From: a virus
Lineage: Duplodnaviria > Heunggongvirae > Uroviricota > Caudoviricetes
Virus record (IMG/VR): IMGVR_UViG_3300010163_000004
Location: 136,935-185,001 of that record
DNA: 48,067 bases
Reading direction: 5' to 3' (one strand)
Shown here piece by piece: positions 47,314 to 48,067 of this stretch (positions are counted from its first letter, which is position 1; the number at the start of each line of letters is the position of its first letter). The translations under genes were made by a program, and so were the position numbers. The notes below the pieces were generated by a model. It saw only the letters and a program-made list of their open reading frames with translations, made no database searches and was not told where the DNA came from.

Positions 47314-48067
47314 TGGCTTTAAATGATTTGTTAGTATCTTACAAGCGTATTGAAGCTCCTTCTAGAATCATCCCAGAATTTAAATTCCCTGAATCTTATC
47401 AACTAGTTACTCCTAACATTCCATAGAGTGAGCCTGATTAGGAAAATGTATAGACTCCTAAATATTATACTTCCACTATTTAGAGACCTAGGTTTAGCCA
47501 AACCAAAAGATGGAGTAGTCCATATAAAAACAGAAATACTTGGGTAACCGACTTAGCGGCTGCTTATAGAAAAGCTGGAGTAACTAATGATAATGCAATA
47601 AAGATGTTAATTGCCCAAGATGCTCAAGAAAGCGGTTGGGGACGTTCAGCACAAGGTAAATTCAACTTTGGGAACTTAACCACTGGAGCTAAATGGAAAG
47701 GTGATTATGTTAGAGGAAACGACCATGACGCTAAAGGTAATCCCATCAAATAGAAATTCCGCTCTTATAATTCTATGGATGAGTATGCAGCTGATAAACT
47801 GTAGTTCTTGAAACACTTATATGATTTTGATGAAAATGATGATATTAATACGTTTACTGCCAAACTTACTGGTAAGAACAAAGGCAAGAGGAGGTATGCA
47901 GAAGCTACTGATTATGCTGATAGAGTGGCAGCGGTATTTAGAAGTTTCAAGAATGGAGGAGTTATCAAGGCATAGGCAGGAACTATAGTAGCTGATAATA
48001 CTAGAGTAGTTAAACCTACTATATAGGAGAAGATTTAGAGAATTTATCCTACTAGATAGTAGCCTTA
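47310..48067 (+). CDS. Virion-associated GH73 (glucosaminidase/FlgJ-like) peptidoglycan hydrolase cargo protein, 3'-truncated by the window
   Basis: LIAQDAQESGWGRSAQGKFNFGNL, KFRSYNSMDEY, YAEATDYADRV, then FKNGGVIKAQAGT. Absent from the ORF track because of TAG codons. Confidence 0.8.

Noticed and set aside
1-48067. Mass pseudogenisation or sequencing error as the cause of the fragmented ORFs
   Set aside because: The interruptions are exclusively TAG, stay in frame, and fall at Gln positions. Random decay would also produce TAA, TGA and frameshifts.
1-48067. TGA also recoded
   Set aside because: TGA repeatedly coincides with gene boundaries and ATGA overlaps (3056, 10888, 23050, 47311), so it functions as a stop.

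Overview
Late-gene (virion structure and lysis) region of an AT-rich crAss-like phage (Crassvirales; host most likely Bacteroidales). All real genes are on the + strand. The supplied ORF track is fragmented because this genome reads TAG as a sense codon, almost certainly Gln (genetic code 15). With TAG read through, the fragments join into about 40 tightly packed genes that end in TAA or TGA. In order: a diversity-generating retroelement (C-type-lectin-fold target with VR, TR, and an RT with a C-terminal extension); a 2169-aa protein with LamG-like, CotH-kinase-like, LRR and Ig-like parts; several tail-fibre genes including an 1856-aa modular fibre; an uncharacterised module (basic micro-ORFs, membrane protein, frameshifted HTH, long hairpin, Cys-rich coiled-coil protein, HExxH protein); an M15 peptidase endolysin; a tail-collar protein; the gene-75-like/MCP block; tail ring proteins; two IHF-like genes; two large tail stabilisation (muzzle-like) genes; and cargo/ejection proteins including a GH73 muramidase. 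No tRNA, rRNA or CRISPR array was found. Family assignments rest on motif recognition by eye, not database searches. The longest joined ORFs were checked for TAA/TGA over large stretches but not at every codon.
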